The notes beneath the pieces were generated by a model, which did not search any database, had not been told where the DNA came from, and worked only from the letters and a program-made list of their open reading frames with translations. DNA of 64,000 nt from Clostridia bacterium (GTDB taxonomy: Bacteria > Bacillota > TC1 > JBAXCZ01), in contig JBAXCZ010000004.1 of NCBI GenBank assembly GCA_037141195.1, positions 37,043 through 101,042 on the forward strand, written 5' to 3'. Positions 52,560 to 62,085 of the stretch are shown piece by piece (within the stretch, counting starts at the first letter, position 1; every line of letters begins with the position of its first letter). The translations under genes were made by a program, and so were the position numbers.

Positions 52560-54902
52560 ATGCCACTCATGGGAAAGAAAAAGTTTAATGTAATTAATCA
52601 AGCAAAAAAGCGAGTAGATGCAGCCGATAAAGTTACAGGTCGGGCAAAATATGCTGGAGATGTAGTTTTTCAAGATATGCTCATTGCAGGTTGTTTACAC
52701 GGTCATAGAGCACATGCTAAAGTTGCAAAAATAGATACAAGCAAAGCAAAAGCTCTTGACGGAGTACACGCAGTTTTAACTGCCGCAGATATTTTAAAAC
52801 CACAAAGCTGGGCAGATTACTATTATATTACAGACCATGTGAAATATATTGGAGATGTTGTGGCGATTGTTGCAGCAGAAACAAAAGAAATCTTAGAAGA
52901 TGCCCTAAAGGCTATCGAAGTAGAATATGAGGATATGCCAGGAGTCTTTACAGTGGATGAAGCTTTACAAGCAGATGCACCGCAAATTCGCGAAAAAGGT
53001 GTAGGCTTAGTAGACGGCATTCCAACTAAAGGCACTAAAGGAAATATCTTTTTTGAAAGCTATTATGCTTTAAGGAAAGGCAATATAGCAGAAGGCTTTG
53101 CACAGTGCGATGTAGTGATAGAAAAAGAATACCGCACACAGTTTGTAGAACATGCTTATATTGAGCCAGAAGCAGTAATAGCCATCTCAGATCCCTTTGA
53201 TGGATTAATGACAGTGCATGCTTCCTCGCAAAATCCTTACTTTACCAGACGCTATGTGGCTGATGCCCTAGGTATTACCATGAATAAAGCGAGAATTGTT
53301 CAGCGTACACTTGGTGGATCATTTGGCGGCAAAGAAGAATTAGTAGGCTTGATTGCAGGCAGAGCAGCTATTCTTGCTAAAGCAACTGGCAGACCTGTTC
53401 GCTTAGTTGTTAGCAGAGAAGAATCAATGATAGAAAGCCCTAAGCGTCACCCATTTAAGTTCAATTACAAAATTGGGGCAACCAAAGCTGGGCAGATTTT
53501 AGCATTAGAGGGAATACTTGTTGATAATAGTGGAGCATATAATAACCAAACACAATTCTTGAATTGTAGAGCAATGATTCACTCAGCTGGCCCATATAAT
53601 ATTCCCAATATAAAAACAGATACTTATGGAGTATTTACCAATAATGTACATTCTGGTGCTTTCAGAGGCTATAGCTCACCCCAGGTAATTTTTGCTGGAG
53701 AGCAATTGATTGAAGAGTTAGCAGAAGCATTAAATATGGATATCGTAGAATTAAAACGCAAAAATATCTTAAGATATGGTGATTTAACAGCTACTAGTCA
53801 GCGGCTATCTCAGGAAACAATCTTTGCTGATATGATGGAAGATGTCATAGCTAAAACGGATTATCAAGCAAAGTTTGCAGCAAATGCAGTGCAAACTGGG
53901 GAAATAAGAAAAGGCGTTGGACTTGTTACTTGTTACCGCGGAGCAGGCTTAGGAGCAGAAACAGCAGATGCTGGCGGTTCCTTAGTAACGGCCTTAGAAG
54001 ATGGTAGCTTTATCATAAATTCCGGTATCACAGAAAATGGTCAAGGATTAAAAACTGCATATACACAAATTGCAGCAGAGGCAATGGGCATCAAGTTTGA
54101 AGATATCAATTTAATGGGTATAGATACCCACTCCGTTGCCGATAGTGGAATGACAGTTGCGTCAAGAGGCACGGTAATGGCAGCTCAATCCATGAAAAAA
54201 GCTGGAGCATCAATGAAAAAGCTCTTACTGGAAACTGCTAGAATGCTGCTTTCAGCTACCTCCTTAGAAGAAGTGGATATGATAGATAGTGTGGCTTTTG
54301 TTATTGGACAGCCAGAGCGTAGTATCTCTGTAGCCGCTATCAATAATTGTCGTCTTTGGACAGGCAAACAATTATCCGTTTATGAATGGAATGAGCCAAA
54401 AGAACTCTTAATGAACCACCATACCGGTCAAGGAAATGCCTTCCCAACCTATGCTTATGGAGTATGCGTAGCTGAAGTTGAGGTAGATACAGCAACTGGT
54501 TATGTTGATGTTAAAAAAGTAACATCAGCTCATGATTTAGGTACAGTTATAAATCCAGATACAGTAAAAGGTCAAATCTATGGCGGTATAGCTATGGGTA
54601 TGGGTTTTGCAACCACAGAAGAAATTGAAGTAAGTCAAGGTAAAGTTGGCAATCACAACTTTGATTCATATATTTTCCCTACATCAATGGATATGCCAGA
54701 AATGGACGCCATACTTTACGAGTGTGAGGATCCTGAAGGAACATACGGTGCAAAAAGTGTGGGAGAACCTGCAACTGAAGCTGTAGGTGCAGCAATAGCA
54801 CTTGCCATTGCTAACGCCACAGGTAAACGCATTAAAAGATTACCTGCAGATTTAGAAAGAGTATTGCTTGGAAAGAGTTTGAGAGCAGGAGGTGACGCTT
54901 AA
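52560..54902 (+). CDS. molybdopterin-binding subunit of a xanthine dehydrogenase-family enzyme (XdhD-like)
   Basis: VDAADKVTGRAKYAGD a/b-hammerhead N-terminus, GGSFGGK and the C-terminal GEP motif. The ORF is 780 aa. Confidence 0.9.
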   Translation: MPLMGKKKFNVINQAKKRVDAADKVTGRAKYAGDVVFQDMLIAGCLHGHRAHAKVAKIDTSKAKALDGVHAVLTAADILKPQSWADYYYITDHVKYIGDVVAIVAAETKEILEDALKAIEVEYEDMPGVFTVDEALQADAPQIREKGVGLVDGIPTKGTKGNIFFESYYALRKGNIAEGFAQCDVVIEKEYRTQFVEHAYIEPEAVIAISDPFDGLMTVHASSQNPYFTRRYVADALGITMNKARIVQRTLGGSFGGKEELVGLIAGRAAILAKATGRPVRLVVSREESMIESPKRHPFKFNYKIGATKAGQILALEGILVDNSGAYNNQTQFLNCRAMIHSAGPYNIPNIKTDTYGVFTNNVHSGAFRGYSSPQVIFAGEQLIEELAEALNMDIVELKRKNILRYGDLTATSQRLSQETIFADMMEDVIAKTDYQAKFAANAVQTGEIRKGVGLVTCYRGAGLGAETADAGGSLVTALEDGSFIINSGITENGQGLKTAYTQIAAEAMGIKFEDINLMGIDTHSVADSGMTVASRGTVMAAQSMKKAGASMKKLLLETARMLLSATSLEEVDMIDSVAFVIGQPERSISVAAINNCRLWTGKQLSVYEWNEPKELLMNHHTGQGNAFPTYAYGVCVAEVEVDTATGYVDVKKVTSAHDLGTVINPDTVKGQIYGGIAMGMGFATTEEIEVSQGKVGNHNFDSYIFPTSMDMPEMDAILYECEDPEGTYGAKSVGEPATEAVGAAIALAIANATGKRIKRLPADLERVLLGKSLRAGGDA

Positions 54903-55765
54903 TGTTTAGATTTACTTATGAGCGCCCGACTACAATAGCAGATGCCTGTGCAATACTAGCTGCTAGCAGCGGTAAAGCAAAGGTCATCGCGGGTGGAACT
55001 GACTTAATTATTGGACTCAGAGATGAAGATAAAAAAGTTGCCCATGTAGAAAAGGTGGTAGATATTACCCATATCGCAGCCTTAAAGTATATAAAAACAG
55101 ATGGTGAAGTGATTCGTGTGGGAGCATTAGTAACCCATGATGAGATTTTTAATTCACCTATCCTTAAATCTAGCGTTCCATTTTTTACAGAAGCAACAAA
55201 TACTGTTGGGTCACCACAAATTAGGCATAGAGGAACAATTGGCGGAAGTATATGTAATGCTTCACCAGCGGCAGATCCAGTGCCACCACTTATTGCCTTA
55301 GATGCAGAAGTGACACTTATCAGCGCTAAAGGCAAAAGAATTATGAAACTAGCAGACATTTATGACCGTCCCTATAAGCCAACAATAGGCACAGATGAAC
55401 TCTTAACAGAAGTGAGCTTTAAGGTTCCAGCAGGGGCTAAAACGGCTTTCGTCAAGCTGGGCAGAAGAAAAGCCTTAGCTATTGCGAGAATGAATGTAGC
55501 AGTACTGGCGGTAAAAAAAGCAGGGATTGTAGAGGATATTCGAATTGTGCCTGGTTCAGTTTTACCAAAAACAATGCGAGTAGAGGCTGCAGAAGCTTTA
55601 CTAATAGGAAAGCAAGCAACTCAAGAGACAATTGCCCAAGCTGCAAGAAAAGTAGCTGAGGTAATGCTAGAAATGTCTGGAGTTCGTTGGTCTACACCAT
55701 ATAAAGAGCCTGTAATTGAAGCCTTAACAAGAAGAGCATTAGCTCAAGCTTTGGAGGTGGAATAG
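54902..55765 (+). CDS. FAD-binding subunit of a xanthine dehydrogenase-family enzyme (YgfM/CoxM-like)
   Basis: The AGGTDL and GTIGGS motifs are present. The start overlaps the upstream stop. Confidence 0.88.
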   Translation: MFRFTYERPTTIADACAILAASSGKAKVIAGGTDLIIGLRDEDKKVAHVEKVVDITHIAALKYIKTDGEVIRVGALVTHDEIFNSPILKSSVPFFTEATNTVGSPQIRHRGTIGGSICNASPAADPVPPLIALDAEVTLISAKGKRIMKLADIYDRPYKPTIGTDELLTEVSFKVPAGAKTAFVKLGRRKALAIARMNVAVLAVKKAGIVEDIRIVPGSVLPKTMRVEAAEALLIGKQATQETIAQAARKVAEVMLEMSGVRWSTPYKEPVIEALTRRALAQALEVE

Positions 55766-56230
55766 ATGGAAAAAATCGGATTAAAAATGATCGTTAATGG
55801 CACACCTGTTAGTGTTGAGGTCAGCCCATTTGCCAGATTATTAGATGTATTAAGAGAAGATTTGCACCTAACTGGAACCAAAGAAGGTTGCGGAGTTGGT
55901 GAATGTGGTGCCTGCACCGTGATTGTTGACGGGGAAACAGTGAATACCTGTCTAACCTTAGCGGCTTCAATGGAGGGTAAATGCATTACAACAATTGAGG
56001 GAGTAGCAGCAAATGAAGAGCTTCACCCAATTCAACAAGCATTTATTGATTATGCAGCATTGCAATGTGGGTTTTGCACACCGGGCTTAGTGTTGAGTGC
56101 CAAAGCTTTATTAGATAAAACTCCACACCCAAGCAAAGAAGAAATCAAAGTAGCAATATCTGGTAATTTGTGCCGTTGCACCGGCTATCAGCAAGTTGTA
56201 GAGGCAATAGAAGCAGTGGCAAATAGGTAA
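55766..56230 (+). CDS. (2Fe-2S)-binding subunit of a xanthine dehydrogenase-family enzyme
   Basis: GCGVGECGACTV and QCGFCTPG...CRCTGY motifs. Confidence 0.92.
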   Translation: MEKIGLKMIVNGTPVSVEVSPFARLLDVLREDLHLTGTKEGCGVGECGACTVIVDGETVNTCLTLAASMEGKCITTIEGVAANEELHPIQQAFIDYAALQCGFCTPGLVLSAKALLDKTPHPSKEEIKVAISGNLCRCTGYQQVVEAIEAVANR

Positions 56231-56310
56231 AACAGTTTAACCTTTGATGTTAAACTTTTGCAAATACTACAAACAAAAAAAATTCATAGAAAAATTTGGA
56301 GGTGCATTTG

Positions 56311-58926
56311 ATGGACTTAAAACAAATCAAATGGAAAAAAGACTTACCTAAAGATTTTGCAGGAGCAGATATCTCTGCAGAATTTTGTGGCGTAAAATTA
56401 CAAAGCCCAATCATTCTTTCTTCAGGCCCACTTTCCTTTGCTGCCGAGGGCTTAATTCGTGCCCACGAAGCAGGAGCAGGCGCAGTAGTTACAAAAACCA
56501 TCAGGTTGGATAGAGCAATCAATCCGTATCCACACATTGCAGCCATGAACAGTGATTCCTTAATCAACTGTGAAAAATGGGCTGACAGTGACCGACTTGT
56601 TTGGTATGAAAGAGAAATTCCTATGACCAAAGCCGCAGGTGCAGTAGTTATAGCCAGCGTAGGTCATACCTTAGAAGAATCTGCTAACATAGTAGCAGAT
56701 TGCCAAAAGGCTGGAGCAGATTTTATCGAATTAGTATCCTATACAGATGATACCATGATTCCAATGTTAGCTGATGCTTTGAAAAAAGTAACAATTCCAA
56801 TTATTTGCAAGCTTTCCAGCAACTATCCTGCATGGGCAGATCCTGTGGGTACTGCTAAGCGTTGCTTAGATATGGGAGCAGCTGGTATTGCAGCAATCGA
56901 CTCTATTGGACCAACCCTGAAAATTGATATTTTCAATAAAAAACCTGCAATGGGTTCTGAGGATGGTTTTGGCTGGATGTCTGGCGGTGCCATGCGACCT
57001 ATCTCCATGAGGATTAACTCACTTATTGCTCGTCTCGGCTTTGAAAACCTTAACCTTTATGGTATTGGTGGCGTGACCTGCGCAGAAGATATGGTAGAAT
57101 ACTTAATGACAGGCTGTAAAGCTGTGGGCGTTTGCTCAATTGGTATTATTAAAGGTATCGAATACTTCACAACCTTGAATAAAGATTTAGCAGTACTCTT
57201 AAAACAATTAGGCTATAACTCCTTACAAGAAGCAATTGGTGTAGCACTGCCTAATTTCCCTACAAAAGGTGCTTATCCAGTAAAAGGGGAGTATGAAAAA
57301 AATGTAGAAGCAGACTTAAAAATTCAGTTCAAGTATGAGCCTGACTTTGCACCTTGTCAAGAAACCTGCCCAGCAGGCGTAGATGTACCTCTCTATGTTG
57401 ATCAAGTGCGTCGCGGAAGTTATCTCGATGCCTACAACACAGTAAGTGTAAATAATCCATTCCCAGCTATTTGCGGTAGAGTATGCGATCATCCATGTGA
57501 GGCTAATTGCCGTCGTGGTAAAGTTGATGAGCCTATCTCCATCCGTTTAATCAAGCGTGCAGCTTCTGATGAAGTTTACGCTGCTTGTGGCAATGCACTT
57601 CCACTGCCAGCAATGCTTACAAAAAATGGCAAAAAAATTGCCATCATTGGGGCAGGACCAGCAGGACTTTCTGCAGCTTACTATCTGGCGCGCAAAGGCT
57701 ATCAAGTTAAGGTTTTCGAGAGTCTGCCAGTTGCAGGTGGGATGCTTGCAGTAGGTATTCCAGATTATCGCTTACCAAGAGATATTATGAATAAAGAAAT
57801 AGCTCGTTTAGAAGCTATGGGCGTAGAAATTCGTTTAGGCGTAACCGTAGGCAAGGACATTTCTCTTGCTGAGCTTACACAAATGGGTTATGAAAGAATA
57901 TTAATTGCTACAGGCGCACATGGTGACCCTGCAATGGGTGTTGCTGGTGAAGAATTAGCAGGTGTACTTTCAGGCATTAAATTCTTAAAGGATGTAAATT
58001 TAGGACAAATTCGTTTAGATGAGCAAAAAGTAATTGTAGTTGGTGGTGGTAACGTTGCTGTTGACGCTGCTCGTGCAGCATTACGAGTGGGCGCTGCAGA
58101 AGTTACTATTGTTTACCGTCGTGATAAGGCAGCTATGCCTGCCTATGCTGAAGAAATTGAGCATGCAGAGCAAGAAGGAATTAAGTTTGCTTTCTTAGCA
58201 GCACCTGCGGCAATTAAGAACAATGCTTTCTCAGGACTTGATTTTGAATATACACCGATGGTTTTAGGAGAAAAAGATGCTTCAGGCAGACGTTCTCCAA
58301 AAGCTTCTGGAGCAGCAAATGTAACAATGAAGGTTGATGCAGTAATTGCAGCAACAGGACAAAAAGTGATTACAGACTTTATGCCTAAAGTAGTATCACT
58401 AGAATCTGGAGCTACAGCATCTGCAAATATTTATGTAGCTGGTGACTGTGCAACAGGCCCAGCATCTGTGATTAAATCCATTGCCATGGGTCGTAAAGCA
58501 GCAGAAGCTATGGACGCTTCCTTAGGCGGAGACGGCGTAGTAATGGAAGCTATTACAGCAGAGCACCTGCATTTTGTAGATATTGCTGATGATAATAAAC
58601 CTCGCATGCAAGCAAGCTTAATTCCAGTTGCAGACCGTGTACCAGGATTCACTGAAGTGGAAAATGGTTTAGGTTCAAGTAATGCCGCTAAAGAAGCTGA
58701 GCGTTGTATGCATTGCGGTTGCACAAACTGCGGACGTTGTGTAGAAGCTTGCTCATATGATGCTAGAGTAATGGATTTCCCAGGTATGACTATGGACAGA
58801 GATCTTTGCCGTAACTGCGGCTTCTGCCTAACAGTTTGTCCTACAGGCGCATTATCCGGAACAATCGTTACGAAATTCTCTGCAGATGCAGATCAAAAAT
58901 TAAATCAAATAGGTATCTTTAGCTAG
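56311..58926 (+). CDS. YgfK-like multidomain Fe-S flavoprotein: DHODH/DPD-type FMN barrel, GltD-like FAD/NAD(P) module and 2x[4Fe-4S]
   Basis: An N-terminal DHODH-like barrel of about 330 aa, then CPAG...CGRVCDHPCE, then IAIIGAGPAGLSAA, then the C-terminal CMHCGC..CGRC and CRNCGFCLTVCP. The ATG at 56311 follows a GGAGGTG RBS. Confidence 0.8.
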   Translation: MDLKQIKWKKDLPKDFAGADISAEFCGVKLQSPIILSSGPLSFAAEGLIRAHEAGAGAVVTKTIRLDRAINPYPHIAAMNSDSLINCEKWADSDRLVWYEREIPMTKAAGAVVIASVGHTLEESANIVADCQKAGADFIELVSYTDDTMIPMLADALKKVTIPIICKLSSNYPAWADPVGTAKRCLDMGAAGIAAIDSIGPTLKIDIFNKKPAMGSEDGFGWMSGGAMRPISMRINSLIARLGFENLNLYGIGGVTCAEDMVEYLMTGCKAVGVCSIGIIKGIEYFTTLNKDLAVLLKQLGYNSLQEAIGVALPNFPTKGAYPVKGEYEKNVEADLKIQFKYEPDFAPCQETCPAGVDVPLYVDQVRRGSYLDAYNTVSVNNPFPAICGRVCDHPCEANCRRGKVDEPISIRLIKRAASDEVYAACGNALPLPAMLTKNGKKIAIIGAGPAGLSAAYYLARKGYQVKVFESLPVAGGMLAVGIPDYRLPRDIMNKEIARLEAMGVEIRLGVTVGKDISLAELTQMGYERILIATGAHGDPAMGVAGEELAGVLSGIKFLKDVNLGQIRLDEQKVIVVGGGNVAVDAARAALRVGAAEVTIVYRRDKAAMPAYAEEIEHAEQEGIKFAFLAAPAAIKNNAFSGLDFEYTPMVLGEKDASGRRSPKASGAANVTMKVDAVIAATGQKVITDFMPKVVSLESGATASANIYVAGDCATGPASVIKSIAMGRKAAEAMDASLGGDGVVMEAITAEHLHFVDIADDNKPRMQASLIPVADRVPGFTEVENGLGSSNAAKEAERCMHCGCTNCGRCVEACSYDARVMDFPGMTMDRDLCRNCGFCLTVCPTGALSGTIVTKFSADADQKLNQIGIFS

Positions 58927-58942
58927 TCTTAGTTAAGGGTGC

Positions 58943-58977
58943 AAAAGCCGCTAGCAAATTTGCTAGCGGCTTTTTTT
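58943..58977 (+). terminator. intrinsic terminator
   Basis: The perfect palindrome GCCGCTAGCAAA/TTTGCTAGCGGC followed by T7. Confidence 0.9.
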
Positions 58978-59000
58978 AGAAAGATAAGGGAGTGAGAACT

Positions 59001-59837
59001 TTGTTAAATATTGGTTGTCATCTATCAGTTTCCAAAGGTTTTCAGGCAATGGGCAAGGAGGCTTTAAGTATTGGAGCCAATTGTTTTCAATTTTTCACGA
59101 GAAATCCTAGAGGTGGAAAAGCAAAAGAATTAGATCCCAAGGATGTAGAGGCGCTGTTATCATTATTAAAAGCACATAATTTTGCAGAAATTTTAGCACA
59201 TGCGCCATATACCTTAAACGCCTGCTCCATAGAGGAAAGAACTCAAGCCTTTGCTTGGCTCATAATGGAGGATGATCTTAGGAGAATGGAGCAGTTGCCT
59301 GGAAATTTTTATAATTTCCATCCAGGAAGTCATGTGGGACTTGGAGTAGAGCAGGGAATTAAGCAGATAGCTAAGCTCTTAAATCATCTGCTGACAACTA
59401 CACAGACAACCACCATACTCTTAGAAACCATGGCTGGTAAAGGTAGCGAAGTGGGCAGCAGCTTTACAGAGCTGCGGGAGATCATCAAGCAGGTGGAACT
59501 TGCTGACAAGCTAGGAATCTGTTTAGATACCTGCCATGTTTACGATGCAGGCTATGATATAGTCCAAGATTTAGACGGAGTCTTAGCAGAATTCGATCAG
59601 ATAATTGGTCTAAATAAATTGCGGGCTATCCATCTTAATGATAGTAAAAATTCTTTTGCTAGCCATAAGGATCGACATGAAAAAATAGGAGAAGGTAGGA
59701 TTGGTTTAGCAGCAATCAGCCGCATTATCAATCATCCACAGCTTAGACATCTACCGTTTTATTTAGAAACACCAAACGAAATCTCCGGCTATGCAGCAGA
59801 AATAAAGCTCTTAAGAGCAAATTACCAAGAAAAATAG
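59001..59837 (+). CDS. nfo: deoxyribonuclease IV (endonuclease IV)
   Basis: HAPY, ETMAGKG, LDTCH and HLNDSK motifs. I prefer the TTG at 59001, 8 nt after an AAGGGAG RBS, over the GTG at 58992. Confidence 0.9.
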   Translation: MLNIGCHLSVSKGFQAMGKEALSIGANCFQFFTRNPRGGKAKELDPKDVEALLSLLKAHNFAEILAHAPYTLNACSIEERTQAFAWLIMEDDLRRMEQLPGNFYNFHPGSHVGLGVEQGIKQIAKLLNHLLTTTQTTTILLETMAGKGSEVGSSFTELREIIKQVELADKLGICLDTCHVYDAGYDIVQDLDGVLAEFDQIIGLNKLRAIHLNDSKNSFASHKDRHEKIGEGRIGLAAISRIINHPQLRHLPFYLETPNEISGYAAEIKLLRANYQEK

Positions 59838-59855
59838 AACAAGAATTCTAGGGGT

Positions 59856-60740
59856 TTAATGGGAGCGTTCAGTAATAAAAACTCCCAAAATAATGCATAT
59901 TGCACCAAGCGCCATGTAGATTGTCAGTTGCTCTCCCAATAAAAGGAAAGCGAAAAATAGACTGATTAAAGGCACAAAGTAGATAAAATTATTTGCTCTC
60001 ACAGGGCCTAAATGGTGCATAACAATGTTCCAGACAAAATAGCCTAGGGCAGATGCAAAAACACTGAGATAGAGCAGATAAATCAGCACAGAAGGATTAG
60101 TAAAAGCAGCAAAGCTCCAATCGAAATTAGGTGTTAGACTAAGGGGTAGACTGGTTAAAAAGGCATACAGAAAAACCTTTTTAGTAATATAGACACTTGG
60201 AAAACGGGTAGCTATTTTTTTAATAGCAAGAGCATACAAAGCCCAAGAAAAGGCAGCAAGCAGCGCCAATAAATCGCCTAAAGGGCGTATTTGAAAGCTA
60301 AAATTACCATTGAGCACAATACAGGCTACACCAAATAAGGCAAGAGTAGAGCCTAAAATTATGCCACGAGTAATCTTTTCATTAGGTGAAGCATAGCGAA
60401 TGACGATAGCCGTAAAAAGTGGGGCTGTAGCAGTTAAAAGTCCTACATTAGAAGCGGTAGAAAAGCTCAGGGCAAAATTCTCCCCTAAATAATATAGCGT
60501 GCCACCAGTTAAACCAGCAGCTAGAAATAAAAGTTCTTCTCGCCAAGTACTCTTAATCCTTTTAGGAGCAAAGCAGAGCAGCACAAGATAAGAAAAGAAA
60601 AAGCGGTAAATCAGCAGCGTAATTGGTGGAATAAAAGAGAGCAAAATTTTAGTGGCAGCAAAAGTACTGCCCCAAACAATGATTGTAAACAAGGCCAAAG
60701 CAAAATAGAGCCAATTTAATTTTTTTGGCATGAGCTTCAC
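59856..60740 (-). CDS. EamA/DMT-family transporter
   Basis: A protein with 10 TM helices and two EamA-like repeats. The ORF is 294 aa. Confidence 0.8.
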   Translation of the reverse strand: MKLMPKKLNWLYFALALFTIIVWGSTFAATKILLSFIPPITLLIYRFFFSYLVLLCFAPKRIKSTWREELLFLAAGLTGGTLYYLGENFALSFSTASNVGLLTATAPLFTAIVIRYASPNEKITRGIILGSTLALFGVACIVLNGNFSFQIRPLGDLLALLAAFSWALYALAIKKIATRFPSVYITKKVFLYAFLTSLPLSLTPNFDWSFAAFTNPSVLIYLLYLSVFASALGYFVWNIVMHHLGPVRANNFIYFVPLISLFFAFLLLGEQLTIYMALGAICIILGVFITERSH

Positions 60741-60799
60741 ATCTTTTCCTCAGTAGCATCATCAATAATAATAGTATCTTATCATAGATGCAAGCTGAA

Positions 60800-60870
60800 G
60801 AAAAGGTTGCGTGCTTTTTAGATAGAAAAGGTTGCGTGCTTTTTAGATAATGTATGTGCTTTTTCAGATA
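60800..60870 (+). repeat. perfect 25-nt tandem duplication plus a degenerate third copy
   Basis: GAAAAGGTTGCGTGCTTTTTAGATA occurs at 60800-60824 and again at 60825-60849. ATGTATGTGCTTTTTCAGATA follows at 60850-60870. Confidence 0.9.
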
Positions 60871-60918
60871 ATCTATGTTATGCTAAATTCCAAGATTAAA
60901 CTTTAGAGGAGACGCCAT

Positions 60919-62085
60919 ATGCGCTATAATTTTGATGAATTCATCACAAGAAAAGATACGGATTGTGAAAAATGGGATAGTTTAGAAGAATTATTTGGAG
61001 ATGGAGCAGCCTTACCTTTGTGGGTAGCAGATATGGATTTTCCTTGTGCAGAACCAATCATTTCTGCGCTCAAGGCACGCATAGCGCATCCGGTTTTCGG
61101 TTATCCAAGAGTTCCTAAAGCTCTCTATGACGCCGTAATTGGATTTTATCAGCGACATCATAATTGGGAAATTCAACCGGAATGGTTGGCAACTAGCGGA
61201 GGTATTGTCCATGGAATTAATATGGCAATCCAAGCTTTTACCCAGCCAGGGGATAAAATAATCGTACAAACACCAGCTTATCATCCGTTTTTTACAGCAG
61301 TTAATAATAATGATCGCGAGCTAATAACTAATCCACTGCTAGAAGAGCAGGGACATTATTATATGGATTTTGATGATTTAGAAGCTAAACTGCAAGACGG
61401 AGCTAAGACTATCCTCTTTTGTAGCCCGCAAAACCCTACAGGTCGAGTTTGGCTACCTAAAGAATTAAAAAGGCTAGCAGATTTAGCTCTCGATTATGAT
61501 GCTTTGATAATTTCTGATGAAATTCACGGAGATATAGTCCATGCAGGACATCAGCATCAGACCTTAGCTAGCATAGCGCCAGAACTAGCAAAAAATATTG
61601 TAACCTTTGTAGCCCCAAGTAAAACCTTTAATATTGCAGGACTTGCTACATCCTTTGCAGTCATCCCAGATTTAACTAGACACAGTGATTTTCGCAGAGT
61701 ACTAAAACAAACTGGCTATAGTGGACCGACAGTCTTTGGGATAACCGCGGCAACGGCAGCGTATAGCTCCTGTGATGATTGGTTAGCGCAAATGAAAGTA
61801 TATTTGCAAAACAATTTGGAATATTTACGCTTTTATGTTCATGGCATGTTGCCAGGAGTGCGCTTAATCGAGCCAGAGGGTACCTTTCTTGCTTGGCTAG
61901 ATTTTCGCGAATTAGGGCTTGAACATACAGAATTAAAACATAAATTAATCAAGCAAGGCAAAGTTGCCCTGTCTGATGGCTGTTTTTTTGGTCAGGAAGG
62001 AGATAGATTTATGCGTCTTAATTTTGCTTGCCCCAGAAGTATGCTCCAAAGTGGCTTAGCAAGTATTAGGAGGGCGATTACTTAA
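60919..62085 (+). CDS. PatB/MalY-type PLP-dependent C-S lyase (cystathionine beta-lyase-like aminotransferase)
   Basis: KWD...LPLWVADMDF, NPTG and the SKTFN PLP-lysine motif. Confidence 0.85.
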   Translation: MRYNFDEFITRKDTDCEKWDSLEELFGDGAALPLWVADMDFPCAEPIISALKARIAHPVFGYPRVPKALYDAVIGFYQRHHNWEIQPEWLATSGGIVHGINMAIQAFTQPGDKIIVQTPAYHPFFTAVNNNDRELITNPLLEEQGHYYMDFDDLEAKLQDGAKTILFCSPQNPTGRVWLPKELKRLADLALDYDALIISDEIHGDIVHAGHQHQTLASIAPELAKNIVTFVAPSKTFNIAGLATSFAVIPDLTRHSDFRRVLKQTGYSGPTVFGITAATAAYSSCDDWLAQMKVYLQNNLEYLRFYVHGMLPGVRLIEPEGTFLAWLDFRELGLEHTELKHKLIKQGKVALSDGCFFGQEGDRFMRLNFACPRSMLQSGLASIRRAIT

